A stretch of 64,000 bases of DNA from Macrostomum hystrix (lineage: Eukaryota; Animalia; Platyhelminthes), in the NCBI GenBank assembly GCA_950097015.1, contig CATNEN010000029.1, positions 3,534,001 through 3,598,000 of the forward strand, read 5' to 3'. The notes under the pieces were generated by a model that was not told the DNA's origin, made no database searches, and was given only the letters and a program-made list of their open reading frames with translations. The position numbers and the translations under genes are program-made. Shown piece after piece: positions 1 to 12,840 of this stretch; the first letter of the stretch is position 1; each line of letters starts with the position of its first letter.

Positions 1-664
1 CCGTTCTACTGGCACAGCATCATCATGGCCACCTTCGCCTCCTTTGTCGGCCCTTTCGGCGGCTTCTTCGCCTCCGGTTTCAAGCGCGCCTTTAAAATCA
101 AGGACTTCGGCGACCTGATCCCCGGCCACGGTGGCATGACTGATCGCTTCGACTGTCAGATCATCATGGGCACCTTCGTCTACGTCTACTTCCAGACTTT
201 TATCATGTGAGGAGGGTGATGGACGGGGTGGTTTTAAAAGACGGTTGTGATAAAGGGCAAATTTTTTTTGCTGGCGGTTGGTGATGGATGGCGGAGGTGA
301 TGGATGGCGGTTGGTAATGGATGGCGGAGGTGATGGATTGCGGTTAGTGATGAATGACGGGGGTGATGGATGGTGGGAGTGATAAATTGCGGGGATGGTT
401 GATAGCGGCGTGAAGGCTGGACTGAGTGAATGAAGGCGTGGATCGTGTATGGGTTGAATGAGATAGTGGTGGGGTGACGTAACCCTGAGTAGGCAGTCCT
501 CAGACACACAGCCCCGCTGGTTCTGTATCCGCAGGGTGACGTCGCCGCACCACCTGCTGCGCCAGGTGTACTCACTGAGGCCAGAGGACCAGCTGAAGTT
601 CTACGAGGCCCTGACTGACGGCCTGACCAAGCGAGGCATGCTCAACGCCACAATGGGAATCTGA
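1..664 (+). CDS. CDS2: Phosphatidate cytidylyltransferase (CDP-diacylglycerol synthase), last two exons (<1-206, 535-664); 5' part lies outside the window
   Basis: Signature [39 protein letters not shown] at 207 and CAG at 532-534 join in frame (AT|G) to give [36 protein letters not shown]..., stop TGA 662-664. CDS1 and CDS2 cannot be distinguished. Confidence 0.95.
273..400 (+). repeat. Degenerate intronic tandem repeat with alternating 16/17-bp units (GGCGGTTGGTGATGGAT / GGCGGAGGTGATGGAT)
   Basis: Visible periodicity inside the last CDS intron, decaying towards the 3' side. Confidence 0.75.
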
Positions 665-3600
665 GCACTGCCAGCAGAACTTGACTCTGGCTTGGGACAT
701 TGCATCCACTCCGATGCCTATAAAGTCTTTGTTGGCAATTCTAGGCTGGCTTTCTTAGCAGGGATTCGCCTATGATCGATAACTTGAAATTCCCAGCACG
801 TTTGCTAGTCAAAAGCAATACAGCCTCTATTCTTACAGTCTTCTTAGTTTAGTCAAAAAGAATAACAAGAAAAGTTGGTTTGCGTTTCCATGGCGAATTG
901 TTCTGATTTACGACGCTTGTTGTCGCTTTTCGTCGCTTGTGGTCGTTCGAGATGACATTGTCAGTTTATACATGTATAATATCAGTTTCTCTACTGTATT
1001 CTTTTGAGGATTGTCGGAGACTCAGCGAAGGATTGGTGAGGGAGTCGGTCTGGGTCTCTGTGTTGTTGTAGTTTAATGCCTTTATTTACCGCACCTGTTG
1101 TGTTTTTAGTTTCTCCTGTCCGATTTTTCTATTTCGCTTTCATAGAATTGATAGAAATCAAATTTTATCTGGCGCAATTTTGAACAATTCTGTGGTCCTG
1201 GTCCCTGGAGAAGTTTTTTGTCTCTACATGAGATTGTTTGAGTAGGATTCATTCTGCTATTATCTGCGACTCATTGTGTGCAATAAGACATTGTTGTCAT
1301 CCTCTATTTTATTTCCTATTGTTTGGCTTTATATGTTTGGTTTTCCATTGTTGTTTTAACTTATTAGTCCGAGCGCTTTAGTCTGCTCTGCTGCGAGTAC
1401 AAGCTTTGAATCACAGCAAACGCTTAGTGCAATGTACTTTATCTTTAATGCACCGTACATAATAGGTTCTAGACGAGCCTCATTTTGATTTATACCGCAT
1501 CCTTGGGGACTTCTATTATCAATTGAATTGGTTTTATTTCTGAAACTCCTGACTACAATACTTTGCTTCTGAAATGCAACAGCGTTTCTGTCGTGGAAAC
1601 GAAAGGGTTTTTTAATTTCTGTATTTGTAATAACTGGATACTGAGCATTGTGAATTGCTTCTTCGTTTTATTTAGCTTTTTAACTTGTTTAGCTAGCAAA
1701 GAAATCCTCTCTTTTTCATGCACTTATTATCGAACATTTTATTTTATTTATTATCGAGGCACTATTTTTGTTGACTTTCGTTTCCATTATCTATTTATTT
1801 ATGTTCAGTTTTTGGCGTAGATTCAGAATTCATTGTTGAATGTCGTCAAGAATATTGTTGTCTACTTAATACACAAACTTATTTCGAGGAAATCTTTCTG
1901 AAACTTTCAAGCCTCAGTCTAGTTTTTTAAACACAACAAACTCCTTCGTCGTTTTGAAGAAGACAGAATATAAATTAAACAAGTATATACCCATACATTT
2001 TTAATGTATTTAAGTCGCTTTTAAACGCGCTTATACGACACCCAAGATAGTCAATTTAGTGAGGTCTCAATGATTTATCTAAGATTTGCTTTGAATTTTA
2101 CCGCTTTTATAATTTCCTGCAGCATTCTATCTGGTCTGGAAACCAGAATAACGACATAAGAACACTTATTCTGTTGCCTGGTCGAATGTTGAAAACACAA
2201 AAAATGTTTTAAAAATTCTGAAACATATTGTCGCGAATAAATATAAAAGTAGTCTAGTAAAGATAAAGTACGAGCCGTATTTTTCGCTTTAATAGATTAT
2301 TTTATAATCTTTTATTATGCTTTTAAGCACAAACGAGGTTGTATGATCTCTGTTATTGCTTTTATGATGTAGCTAAAAAAGTCTTGCAAACAGTTAAAAA
2401 GTTATTTTAATTTAAAAATATTTCCTTGCCGCTTTGAAAAAACATCTAGCGCAAAATTAGTTTTAAAGCAATAAATGCACACTTTTGAACTGCTCGTCTA
2501 TTTTCGCTGATTTAAAAATCCACGGAATGAGGTTGGGCCATGTACCTCGTGGCAGTGTACCTCGATGTACTAGACTGCAGCTTAATGGCATACTATTCTA
2601 ACGTATTACTCTCCAGGTCTGAAACAAGTATCATGATTAAAAGTACGTTTAGTATTAATAACTTTCAAAAAAGCCTAAGAGGCTCAAATTTTACTCACGC
2701 CTTATACATTATTCTTGGCTTTATGAGCTTCTATCTGGTCGTTTAGAATTTCAAGTTTTGTCTTTAAAACGAGTTACTTCAATATTTCTTTGTCATTGTA
2801 GACCTATAAGCTTGCGCAGTTCTTTCCCAATTCTAATTTGAACCATTTTTAATTTAAATCAAGATATTACTAGTCACTCCTAGTGGTCCTTAATTTGAAA
2901 TCTTAATATAGCACGAAATACGAGTAATTACTTCTGTACCGTTTAAGTCATAAATTGTTTACAGACTAAAGGTCTGATGATTTTTCTAACTCCAGATTCC
3001 AAGTAAAGTTATCATACTCAGTTTGATTACAAACATAAAAACTGATTTTATTTATGGCCTAAATTCAGTCTAGCTATTCTAGTTTTTCAAACTAGATTCA
3101 AAAATAAAAACATATATTTAATTTTATCATATTATACTCATAGATAGGTAGTTACAGATGGTAAAGTTACCTTATAGAAAATAATTGTTGTTTATTGTGT
3201 AAAACTTTTAATGACTCTGAATAAAAAAGAGCCTTTTTATTGTCAAATTCCTACTAAAAAAATTGATGTACTATTCTATTGAATAAATTAGATGTATAAT
3301 GCTTTTTGCTTAAAATATTGAACTGCATTAAATTCTAGTGAGGATAGCTGATATGAGAATAGCTTTAATGAGGGCACTGTTACCAACATGATATTTTGGC
3401 TTTTTTTGTTAACCACTTGCTACTTATAATTGTATAATAAATTTATGTATTGTAGTAATCACACCTAACAGCAGCTTACGCCATCAGCTATTTTAAAATA
3501 CAAGTTGCATCCACTTCATTTCTCAATTATGACAAACTCTAGGCTGTTTCTTTTATTAAATCAAGCAGTTTTGTTGTAACTAAAAAAACTAAAAAAGGTC

Positions 3601-4199
3601 TTTAGTATTGCTTAATTTTACATGAATCTATTCTTTTGAAGCAACTTTGGCTCTTATTAGCTAAAAAAACTGATTAGGTGTCCAGACAAAATACCCAGAA
3701 GCAGATTTGCCTCCAAACAGCTGCAGTCTTCTCTATGTCTCATCTCTATAATTTACCTCGCAAGTGTTTCTGTTACCTCTACAGTCTTTTGTCATTAAGT
3801 AGAGTGCTTTTCTTTGTTGGCGTTTGAGTTTCAAACTCTGGAACATGTGTGAGAGGTTTATTTTTGTTATAAAGATAATCACAAATATTATAGTTAGCAT
3901 ATTATAGTTTACTTTAGTTCTGAAAAACTATATGATTATTTATAGCTATATATAGTTATTATAGTATTTTTTATAGATATAGTTATAGTTTTTTTCAATT
4001 ACATGTCATGTACATAAATAGTAGGTCTAGCTAGTTTGTCTACTTAGGCTCAACTAACGATTTATAGTTTACAGAAAATCTTAAATATATAAGTGCGCTT
4101 TGCTAATCTCATCTGCACTTAGTGGAGTCAATTTTTTGTAGATTTGGGCGCCATTTATGGGCATTTTAAAGTATGATTTTTTATCTGAAAAAACTGTAG

Positions 4200-6763
4200 T
4201 TCCAGCCGCCCCGCTGTGTGAGCTCCACGGGGCGCCGGCCCCTGTTTCCAGCCCAGGCGGTTCAATTCCTTCTGTTGGACACGCGCGATCGTCTAAGTCC
4301 CCTGCTGCTGCAGCGACTGATTCGCTCGACGCTTCACACACTGGCGCTAGCCCTCCGCATGCCTGGTCCGCGCTGTCCAGTGCCTGCCCTATGCGTCATC
4401 ATTGTCGGCAAGGGTGGCGCGCGCCTGGCTGCTCCTGCCGCACCGCCGGCATCTCAACTGGCCATCTTATCTGGCCTGCTCAGCGACATTGCCGTTTTGT
4501 ACGACAAGGACTCCAGTCAGCTCAGGATGACTGGTCCTCTAGCCGAGGCTCTGCAACTGGCGGCTGCTCAGCAGGTGTTTTATTTGATGTCGGTTAGGTG
4601 TCTCATGATTAGAGAGGCCATTTTGATAGTCACAAAAATTTGTGACTGTACTGTACTGTACACCTATCTTACTGTACATTTCAGACCAAGTAGATTGGTC
4701 GAAGATATGGTCTGCAATTGACTATTTATCAAATTAAAAATGTAAATTTTTAATCTTTCATGAATGAGTAACACTGACTCTGATTCTCGTATTTGAGTCG
4801 CCCATATGAACGATTCCACAGTCCCGCCTGCCAGCCCAACAGCAGCAGCTACCCTGCGAACTCACCCTGGTGAGTCGTGTTCCGCAGGCTGCCAAGCAAG
4901 CCAGCGACGCCATTCCAGGCTCGGGGCTTCGACAATTGCGCAGATTTCGCGTCCTCCTGGCGCCGGATCCTGCCTCCGAGCGCTTGTCGGTGCCATCGAT
5001 AGCTGAGCCTGAGGGCTGCCCTGGAGTAGCCGTTCACCGACTTCAGGTCGGCCTCGAGCAACGCGGTCTGGCTTCGTCGGCCTGGCTGATCGACTCCGGC
5101 ATGGAGGCGGCCGCGTTGAGGCTGGTGCTACCCAATGGCCTGCAGCTACTGCTGGACGCCCAGGGTGCTTTGGTTAATCCGCAGGTTGGTCCGCCGATTC
5201 TGTTTGTGCGGGGGTAAGTGGCAGAGCGGTCTAACGCGTTTGCCTCTCACACCAATATCCCTGAGCTCAATTCCATCGCGAGGCCTCGTTCATTCGGGGC
5301 GCTGTGAGAGTATACACTGCCGGAAGATGAGAAAGTCAGGGCAGATGTACACACCAGTGTGAGTGTGCAGCTACGTACAGTCCGTTTTTCGTTTGTGCAT
5401 AGGCAGTCAGTGGAATAGGCAGAATTGTTTCCTCGCTGGCTGTGGGTCCACTGCCACTAGAGAGTTTGCCATGGCCCGCAGCCCTTCTGCAAATATTATT
5501 AGTATTAACTGTTTCCGCGGCCCTGTGTGTTTAGGGACAATTGCTGATTGTCGCAGGTGCTTTAGCACGATGGCCTACCCAGTGGCCGGTAAATCATTTT
5601 TTCCGAGAATGCTTTCGTTTCAATACCTTTTCTTTCCCCAGCTTATTTAACAGCCACGCCTGCCCCCACTTCGCGCCCGTTTGTGCTCAGGCCCTGACTC
5701 AGGTCGGCGCGCCGGACCTCTTTAGTCTGCAACCGTTCTGCCAGGCTCTTCCCGCCCGACAACGGCCACCGGAGGCAGCCAGCATCTGCCAGCTGCGCGC
5801 CGTGTGGCGCCTACCCCAGAGTGGCATCTGTCCGCTGCTCTACACCATGGGAGCGCCCATCCGGCTGCGACCCACCGCCTGCTGGCGCCTCGACTGGGAT
5901 CAGCTGGGCAGCAATGCGGCCCGCTGCGACCGACTCCGCAGGCGCCTGCTGATCAGGAAGCTCGCTCTCCTAGTTCGTTTGGAGCCGCTTAGTGCAGCGG
6001 AGCCGCAGCTGCGGCCACTGTTCTACCTTACTGCCGACAGAAGCGGAGGCCTTCTACTGCGACCGGCTGTGCCAGCTGAGCTGGTGCTCCCCAGCGAGTC
6101 TGATGACGCGCCCGCTGATGCTCAGCCTCCGAGTGCGGCTGAGGCAGCTGCCGACTCCAGAATGCTCTCCTGGCTTGAGGCGCCACTCCAGACCGTTGAC
6201 CCGGAGCCAGGCGATCTGCACTCAGGCCTGTGCGCCAGCCTACTGGCCGAGATGCTTGTCAGTGGTGCCAGGCTATCTCGGCAGCAGCAGCAGCAGCAGC
6301 AGTCCAGGTTAAAAATCCAAGGATATTATTTCACACTTTCTCCGGCTCTCCCACTGCATTTTTAGGCTTTCATCTTTTAAAATATTTTCCACTGATAAAA
6401 AAAGCGCGCAAAATATTTTTATCACTGCGCACCGACCGTATCCTTTATTGTCGTGTTCCACTAAATAGAAATATAAATCTGTTTTAAATAATCTATTGTA
6501 GGCAATATTTTTTTGTATTGCACTTACGCTCGTACATGTATACAATATACATTTACAGGTGCAACACTGGCCTGGCTTGCAGTGGAGACTCTAAATCGGC
6601 ACAACAACAACAACAACAGCAGCAGCAGCAGCTTCTTCAGCAGCCTCGAAAGCGACCGCCACCGCTGGGTCTTCAATTGGCGGCCCGCGGTCGCGTGAAC
6701 TTCCCAAGAGGTGGTGGCTGCAGCGGTGCAGGCGGCGCTGGAAGCAGAATTTACAAGTTCTGA
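4200..6763 (+). CDS. M1AP: Meiosis 1 arrest protein homolog; exons ~4200-4574, 4822-5184, 5691-6307, 6559-6763; start codon not located
   Basis: SGICPLLYTMGAPIRLRPTACWRLDWDQLGSN resembles the recalled human M1AP segment SGLCESLTYGLPFILRPTSCWQLDWDELETN. ELTLVSRVPQ..LRQLRRFRVL resembles EITILTSQP..LARVRRFQVV. Splice phases are consistent (0,0,2). Two polyQ tracts near the C-terminus. Confidence 0.85.
5211..5508 (+). mobile_element. tRNA-derived SINE, copy 1 (older), in M1AP intron 2
   Basis: A-box-like TGGCAGAGCGGTCTAACGCG and B-box-like GAGCTCAATTCC; collinear with 61137-61476; ATT-rich tail; degraded TSD CTGTTTGTGCGG (5200-5211) / CTGTTTCCGCGG (5509-5520). Confidence 0.75.
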
Positions 6764-7774
6764 TTACACGACATGTAGTCGCGACGCGACATGAGCTCAT
6801 TTTTATTGTATTTATTTACAAACTCAATACTACCGAGAAAATCAAACCGTTTTTTCATTGTCAGTTCACGTTTTTGTTCATATATGCACACTTTATAAAT
6901 ACTTTAATCTTATCGAAAAACTCATTAATTTACGTTACTCCAGCGAAATTTTGATTTTGAGATGTTTCTGAAGAAATAAAAACAAAACGCTCGTATAGTT
7001 GTTTACTACTGTTGGTCTCTGTTATGAATGAAGCAGTTACTCTAAATTTATTAACTTCATATTTTAGGTATTACGTAAAAACTAAAAATATTCCTATAAA
7101 AATAAGAGAAATTGTTACACGCTTTTGATCTCTTGATGAGATTTTATTGATATTTTATGACTTGCATAGCTTAAATACTAATTCATTCAATTTTACGCAT
7201 ATAAATGTAAAAGACAAAAGAATCAAGACTGCAGATACCAGTTATAATAGCACCTATATTCGACTGTCAACGACCGCTAGAGCTCAGCAAAGTTAAGAAA
7301 TGAATTAAGAACGACTTCTTAAACGACGTAAGAAAGTAGGAAGCAGTGCAACAGATAGTTGGACGGGACTGGAGTTAAGGTAACTGAATACTATCGTTTT
7401 AAGTTTTTTAAATGACAAAATTAAAGTTTTCCCTTTCACTTCCGGCTTCACGGGGTCTTTTACCGTTTTCTTTAAACTTATTTTCTTACAAACTAGTTTT
7501 TTTACGGTTGAATTGCAACTGTTTAAACTAAAAATATTTACTTATTAAGTAATTCAGTAAATGCGAATCAGATAAAGTTTCTCAAATTATATGAATTGTT
7601 TATTATTTATATTTAAGCTCTTTGATTGCTGTATTAAGTTTGTAGAAACTTTAAACCATAGTAACAACAAAAATCTTTAATTTGAGTTTTTTAGCTTTTT
7701 TTTTTAAAATTGATCGTACGTTGCCTTAGCGGAATTAAATTTTCAGTATTTACGTTTTTGTATTAACATTCTTA

Positions 7775-9426
7775 ATGCACAAAACTTTTTATACAGTATC
7801 TCCATGCCAAAGTCGCTATTTGCAGAAACAGATCGATGAGGCTACGTATGAAAAACACAAAAAAGAGGTAAGAATTCAAAGTAATTTCAATATTATATTG
7901 CAATAATCGCTGCATAGTGTTGCTTCATTTAAATATGTTTTCCTTTTTATTATTTATACTTAACAGCGAAAGATAGTAATAGTTCTCTTTCCTTTACTTA
8001 AAGGGTAGGCCAAGCGCATTCTACGAATTTTGGAAGGCCTTGCTTTGGATATACAAGTTTGATTAAAGGAAATTAGAACTAACAGTCATTTCTTGACCGC
8101 TTATTTCTGCGCACGTTTTTTGCATTTTTACTATATAGGGGCCTTTTCATATTGTTCAATATTACTGTTCAAACAAAGGTTCCTAATTGAAAGGTTCACA
8201 ATTTTCTTAGGGCAATCGTGTTAAGAAGTGTTAATTATAAATTTATTTCAATTTATTTTGTTTACCTAAATATTCCCGCCGGATGCGTACAGCGGGAACT
8301 CCTTTAACTCAGAGCGCACGAATTTTATACACCTGGGGCCGGCGTGCGCCCAAAACCTCACCCCGGCCATGGCTCTCCGCCCACCACCCCAACTGTGGAT
8401 GAAATGTACTCGTAAGATTAAATCGACAGGTGAAAATTCAATAGTATTTTATTATCGTTTGATCGTTTCGAATAGCTCATTTTTCGAAACAGTCTTAGAG
8501 CATGGCGCTGGCTTCCGTTACTATCATTTTGTAAATACGAAATCGGCTGCACCGCCGTCTCACATTAAACAGCTGCAGAGGGCGAAGCCGGTGGTTGACA
8601 CCAGCCCGCCGCTGACCTACGCGCACTTGTACGAGAAGCCGAAGAAGCTCCAGATGGAAGCAGAGAAACAGGCAACCGTGGACAATGGCAATCGCCAGCT
8701 GCTGTTGAAGATATCGCACATAATGAAAAGCGGCTCCGGGCTAGACAACCACACAGACTACACACCCAGGAGGTTCGTGTTTTTCTGCATCTACCATTTT
8801 TTATAAGGATTTATCCTTATGAATTCGAAGTGGCCAACGCACTGATGTAGCGTGAAAAATTGACCGAAAGTTTTTTCTGTAGAAGGAGGGCCATAATAAT
8901 AGTGTCGATTGCAGCTGAAGGTCAGCAGTTTTTAATAAGATCGGAAATTTTTGGTATCACAAAGCGATGCAAAACATTTTTCACTATCTCATCGTCACAG
9001 TTTGAATTCAAAGAGGCGACAGCGGGAGCTGATTAGTGTGACACGGGAAAACAAGGCCATCATGCAGAGAGTTCTGCACAGCTCAAGGGACAGCGAATTG
9101 GCCAATTGGCAGGCTGACTGGCAGCGATGCGTCGAGCATATCGATCGACTAAGCCGCTACCCAAACAATTGGTGGGTGAGTAACACTCTGATTCTCAATA
9201 TCCGCGTCCAGCTTGGTTCGCCATCAAGAAAACAAAGTTTTCCAGGCTTGCCAACTTGCTCATTCTGCACACCTAGGAAAGAAGCCCCGGGAGTCAGAGC
9301 AACCGAAGTCCGAGAAAAACGGATAGAAGCGAACGGAAGCAGCCAGAAGCAGCTGACAGGCAGGAAACTGAGAAGCAGCCGCAGCAGCAGAATCAAGGTG
9401 ATAATGAGAAGCCAAGCAATGAGTAG
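7775..9426 (+). CDS. CFAP97D2: CFAP97/KIAA1430-domain ciliary-flagellar protein (CFAP97D2-like); exons 7775-7867, 8573-8772, 9001-9175, 9277-9426
   Basis: Spliced product MHKTFYTVSPCQSRYLQKQIDEATYEKHKKE|LQRAKPVVDTSPP..KPKKLQME..DNGNRQLLLKISHIM..|SLNSKRRQRELISVTRENKAIMQRV..W..DW..RYPNNW matches the recalled CFAP97 family pattern. Phases 0,2,0 are consistent. AATAAA follows the stop. Confidence 0.85.
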
Positions 9427-10779
9427 TACGAGTATAAATAATAAAAGTGAGTAAAACATTTGACGGTAGAAAAACTTCCGTTCTAGGAAGACTTTCGTTC
9501 GCGCCTCCATTTGCTCAATAAAGTCTTTTTTTCTTCTTTTTCAAAACAAAAGTCGCTGACAAACACTTTTTTTGCACCGGAAATCTAAAAACTTTCATTT
9601 TCGCTTACTGGTGAGCTTTCTTGAATTTATTATCATTAGAAATTTTGCCACATTTTTATTACATTTTTACAAATCTAGCACAGTTTTGTGCTAAGTTAAC
9701 AAAACCTGACGCGCAATTTAGTTAGAATTTTACATTCCTGTTTATTCGTTGAAAATATTACTTCAAGCAGTCAGAGAGCGTTACGCTCTTCTTACGCTAT
9801 TCTCGTTTGTCATTACGGCTTAGAACATGGGAAACGGTTTTCCAAAGAATTGCGTGGCTTCACTACTTTAAGTAATACAGCTATTTTATAATTTATCCTA
9901 AATGAAATGAATGCCCAGCACGTACAACTGATGTATCGAAATCAAAGACTCAAAGTCTATTGTGCGACAGTACGCAGTACATGAAAATATTTTCACGAGA
10001 GTTAAAACGTCTGCTGAGCTTTATCAATTTCATTGCACCTTTAAAAGAGATTGCTCAGCTGAGAAACGCTTCGTACATTTCTCAAACCCGAAACAGGCAC
10101 AGTTTCTCCATGTTTCGCCTATGTAACCGTAAACTAGCTTGCGAAACATTGTGACTCATCTGAAAAGTCCCAATGGAAACAACAAGGGAAAGCTAGCCGT
10201 GATCGCTAGATTATTCTATTTAGTTGATTCGATGCAGTCGATTTGGTTTTGTTTACTTAAAAATTCGTGCAATATGACAAGTATGCGATTGCATGCCTTA
10301 TAGTGTTCATGCAGTCTAGTCAAAGCACTTACATTGATTTTCAATAAATTGTGGCGCATGAACAGCAGACTGCAAGCAACCCTCGCGGTCATTGCACTGT
10401 TTCAATCATTTCAAGTTTAAACAGTGTACCTAGTGTACACCGCTAGTGTACCTAGGTCCCAAAATGAGACCCAGTATTAAAAAATGTAGACACGCGAAAA
10501 AACAACGTCGTTTAATCCAGAAGCACCAGGCAGAGTTGCACACTAAGGAAAATAGCCGGTCACAGTAAGAATACATGTTTTCTTCAATTAAAACATACAC
10601 AGAAAAACCACATTGCAAACAAAATAAGAAAACAACAAGACGACAACAGCACAAGAAAGGAACAAGGCCTCACACCGTCTTCAAGGTGGATTCGGCAAGG
10701 GGGCGGCTATCGCAACGACCACAAACGAAGAAAAAGGGCTACCATCAGGAGGACGCCACCGAGCCAGAGCCTTGGCGGA

Positions 10780-11250
10780 AAATCATTCCTTCGGTGGAAA
10801 ATCAAACAATGTTGGAAGATGCGACGCTAGAAATCATAGAACGCTAGACGGCAGAATGATGTCATTTAGAATATCGAAACCACATTACAGCAGCATAGGG
10901 ACTGTTCGCAGGCTAGGAACTGACGCTTATAGCAATCTACTACGAGTAGTATCAGGAACCCGCAAAAACACTTAAGCAACCGACCATCTGATTTCAGCAA
11001 ACAACAATGGACAAACAGCAATCCGACTATGACCGGAAAGCTGGTCAACGCTTTGTAGATGCCAACATACGGGGCCGGCCAGTGGTGTGGGCCGATGCCC
11101 CAGACTCAAGCTGAAGACATCGACGGAGGTCACTCGGTTGCCACAGACCCCGGCGACCTGGGGGAGCTGTATTTCGACGAATGGCTCCCCGTGGTCGAAC
11201 CAAGGGGAAATTGGCCGGCCCTGGGAGATTATCGGCCACCCAAGCCACCG
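10780..11250 (+). mobile_element. Highly decayed non-LTR retrotransposon RT C-terminal/thumb fragment (RTE-like?)
   Basis: Interrupted frames give TLEIIER..HLEYRNHI, HRDCSQARN*RL and TGKLVNAL*MPTYGAGQW, which resemble LINE motifs LE.V..F.YLG, D...EI..R and KL.LY..LV.P.L.YGAE.W; multiple stops and frameshifts. Confidence 0.35.
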
Positions 11251-12479
11251 ATGAACTGGCTGACAAGGGAGGGCCCTCGGCGGTACTGCAGGCATAAATA
11301 CCCGAGCTCCCTGAAGAGGACTAATTTAATTAGCGGCGGTCTCAATTAACAAGGGCCTTAAAGAACACGAAATAGATTATTATACAATGCTTACCTAACA
11401 GAGACCTGCCACACCAATTACACACCGCCTCTATGGCAACATGCACAACGCTTAATCAAATGCCAACATATGTATTTAACAAAAGCTTATTTTCATATTT
11501 GAACCAAAATATATTGCTACATTTATTAAATTTATTTAAACCAACATCTTATATGCTAAGTTACATACTTGCAGTAGACAGACAAGGACTCGAGCGCGCA
11601 GCTGGCAATAAAACTCACCATCTCCCTTGATGAGTCAAGGATTACTTTCAAGAGGGGGATGGTATAAAAGTTATAATTCTGAAAGGAACACTAAAGAATG
11701 TCACAGCAACAGCCGCAGGCAAAAAACCACTAGAGAACAAGGGCAAGCTACACAGAGGAGAAATAAAAGGACGCGCCCGAAGCCCCTTTGCATTACAGTG
11801 CAACGCCACGTCAGTCCGGGAAGCGTTGAACAGCGGCTTCGAGCAGCTGCTGCACTGCGCAACGCGCAATGTCAGCCGGTTTGGAACCGGATCCAAGGAG
11901 AGAGAGAGAGCCGACGGAGGAGAAACGATCGACGGCCCCCCAGGACCCTTGGCAACGGGACGAGCCCAAATAGACCCGGAGACGATCTGGAAGATGGCCG
12001 GAGAGAGCTGAAACTGTTCCTTCAGAGACGCGCAGGAAGCACAGATCGATGAAGAGGGAATGGGAAAAAACACGAAGGAAAATAATGCACTAGAATCGGG
12101 GCTGCGTCCCCACTCATCAATAATCCTCTGCGTACTATTGTCAATCTGCACTCCTTCTCCGGGAGGGGGAGAATTTCCGAAACAATAAAAGGTGGAGCGG
12201 AGCGCGATTTCGGCCCCCCCCAGTTAGAGCTCAGTTTTAGAAGAGCTCTCGCACCCAGTTTGACTCAGTTTCAGAGCCCGTTTAGCTGTGAAAAGAAATC
12301 CAACAGTGTTTTTAAACTGATTTGTTTTCCATTCCGCGGCTCCGACTCACTTGCTTCTTACGCTCGCAGCAACCACCACTCAGGCGCGCGGGATGATGCG
12401 TGGCTTGCCACTCCTGGACGGGCCTTTTCGCTTGGCTGCTAGGCGGGTGTGCGTCGATACGCCTGCGTCGCAGCGCCTG

Positions 12480-12840
12480 AGCCTCTACAACAACAAAAGC
12501 AGGCTCCCGGAGTTTACCGGGAGGGGAGACGCATGTCTACTGGCGCTAGGGACCATACCTTTACGTGGTGCGCCCTGAGGGAGTGTCTACTAAATAGGCA
12601 TTCTTACGAACATGGTCTGAGATACGTTGCCAAGAACGGACTCGAGGAGTCGAAGACACGGAGCACGTCCTGCTGAAGTGCCTAGTGATGGACGGCACCA
12701 GGAGGAATACCGGCATCACGGAGCTGAGCCGGGGAATGCCGGGCCCTATGGAACGAGTTCCGGGAGCCGGTCAGGCTGAAGGAGAGCGTTGCAGCCATGA
12801 ATTGCCAAGGACCACTAGTAGCACTTTGTTAGCCTAGAAG
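12480..12840 (+). mobile_element. Decayed 3' end of a non-LTR retrotransposon ORF2 (C-terminal zinc-knuckle region)
   Basis: Frame at 12628 reads CQERTRGVEDTEHVLLKC, a C..C...ED.EH.L..C-type motif with one Cys lost; upstream frame CLLALGTIPLRG resembles the R.RTG.LPL segment preceding such knuckles. Confidence 0.5.

Noticed and set aside
1563-3990. Short ORFs (1563-1820, 2540-2746) and TTATAG-rich low-complexity DNA near 3880-3990
   Set aside because: AT-rich intergenic sequence with no motif or splice support
5211-5290. tRNA gene (also 61137-61215)
   Set aside because: Only A/B-box-like segments; no full cloverleaf could be built; a shared non-tRNA body, tail and TSDs indicate a SINE
7650-7720. 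RFX X-box upstream of the ciliary gene (AAACCATAGTAAC; GTTGCCTTAGCGG)
   Set aside because: Only one good half-site in each case; too weak to call
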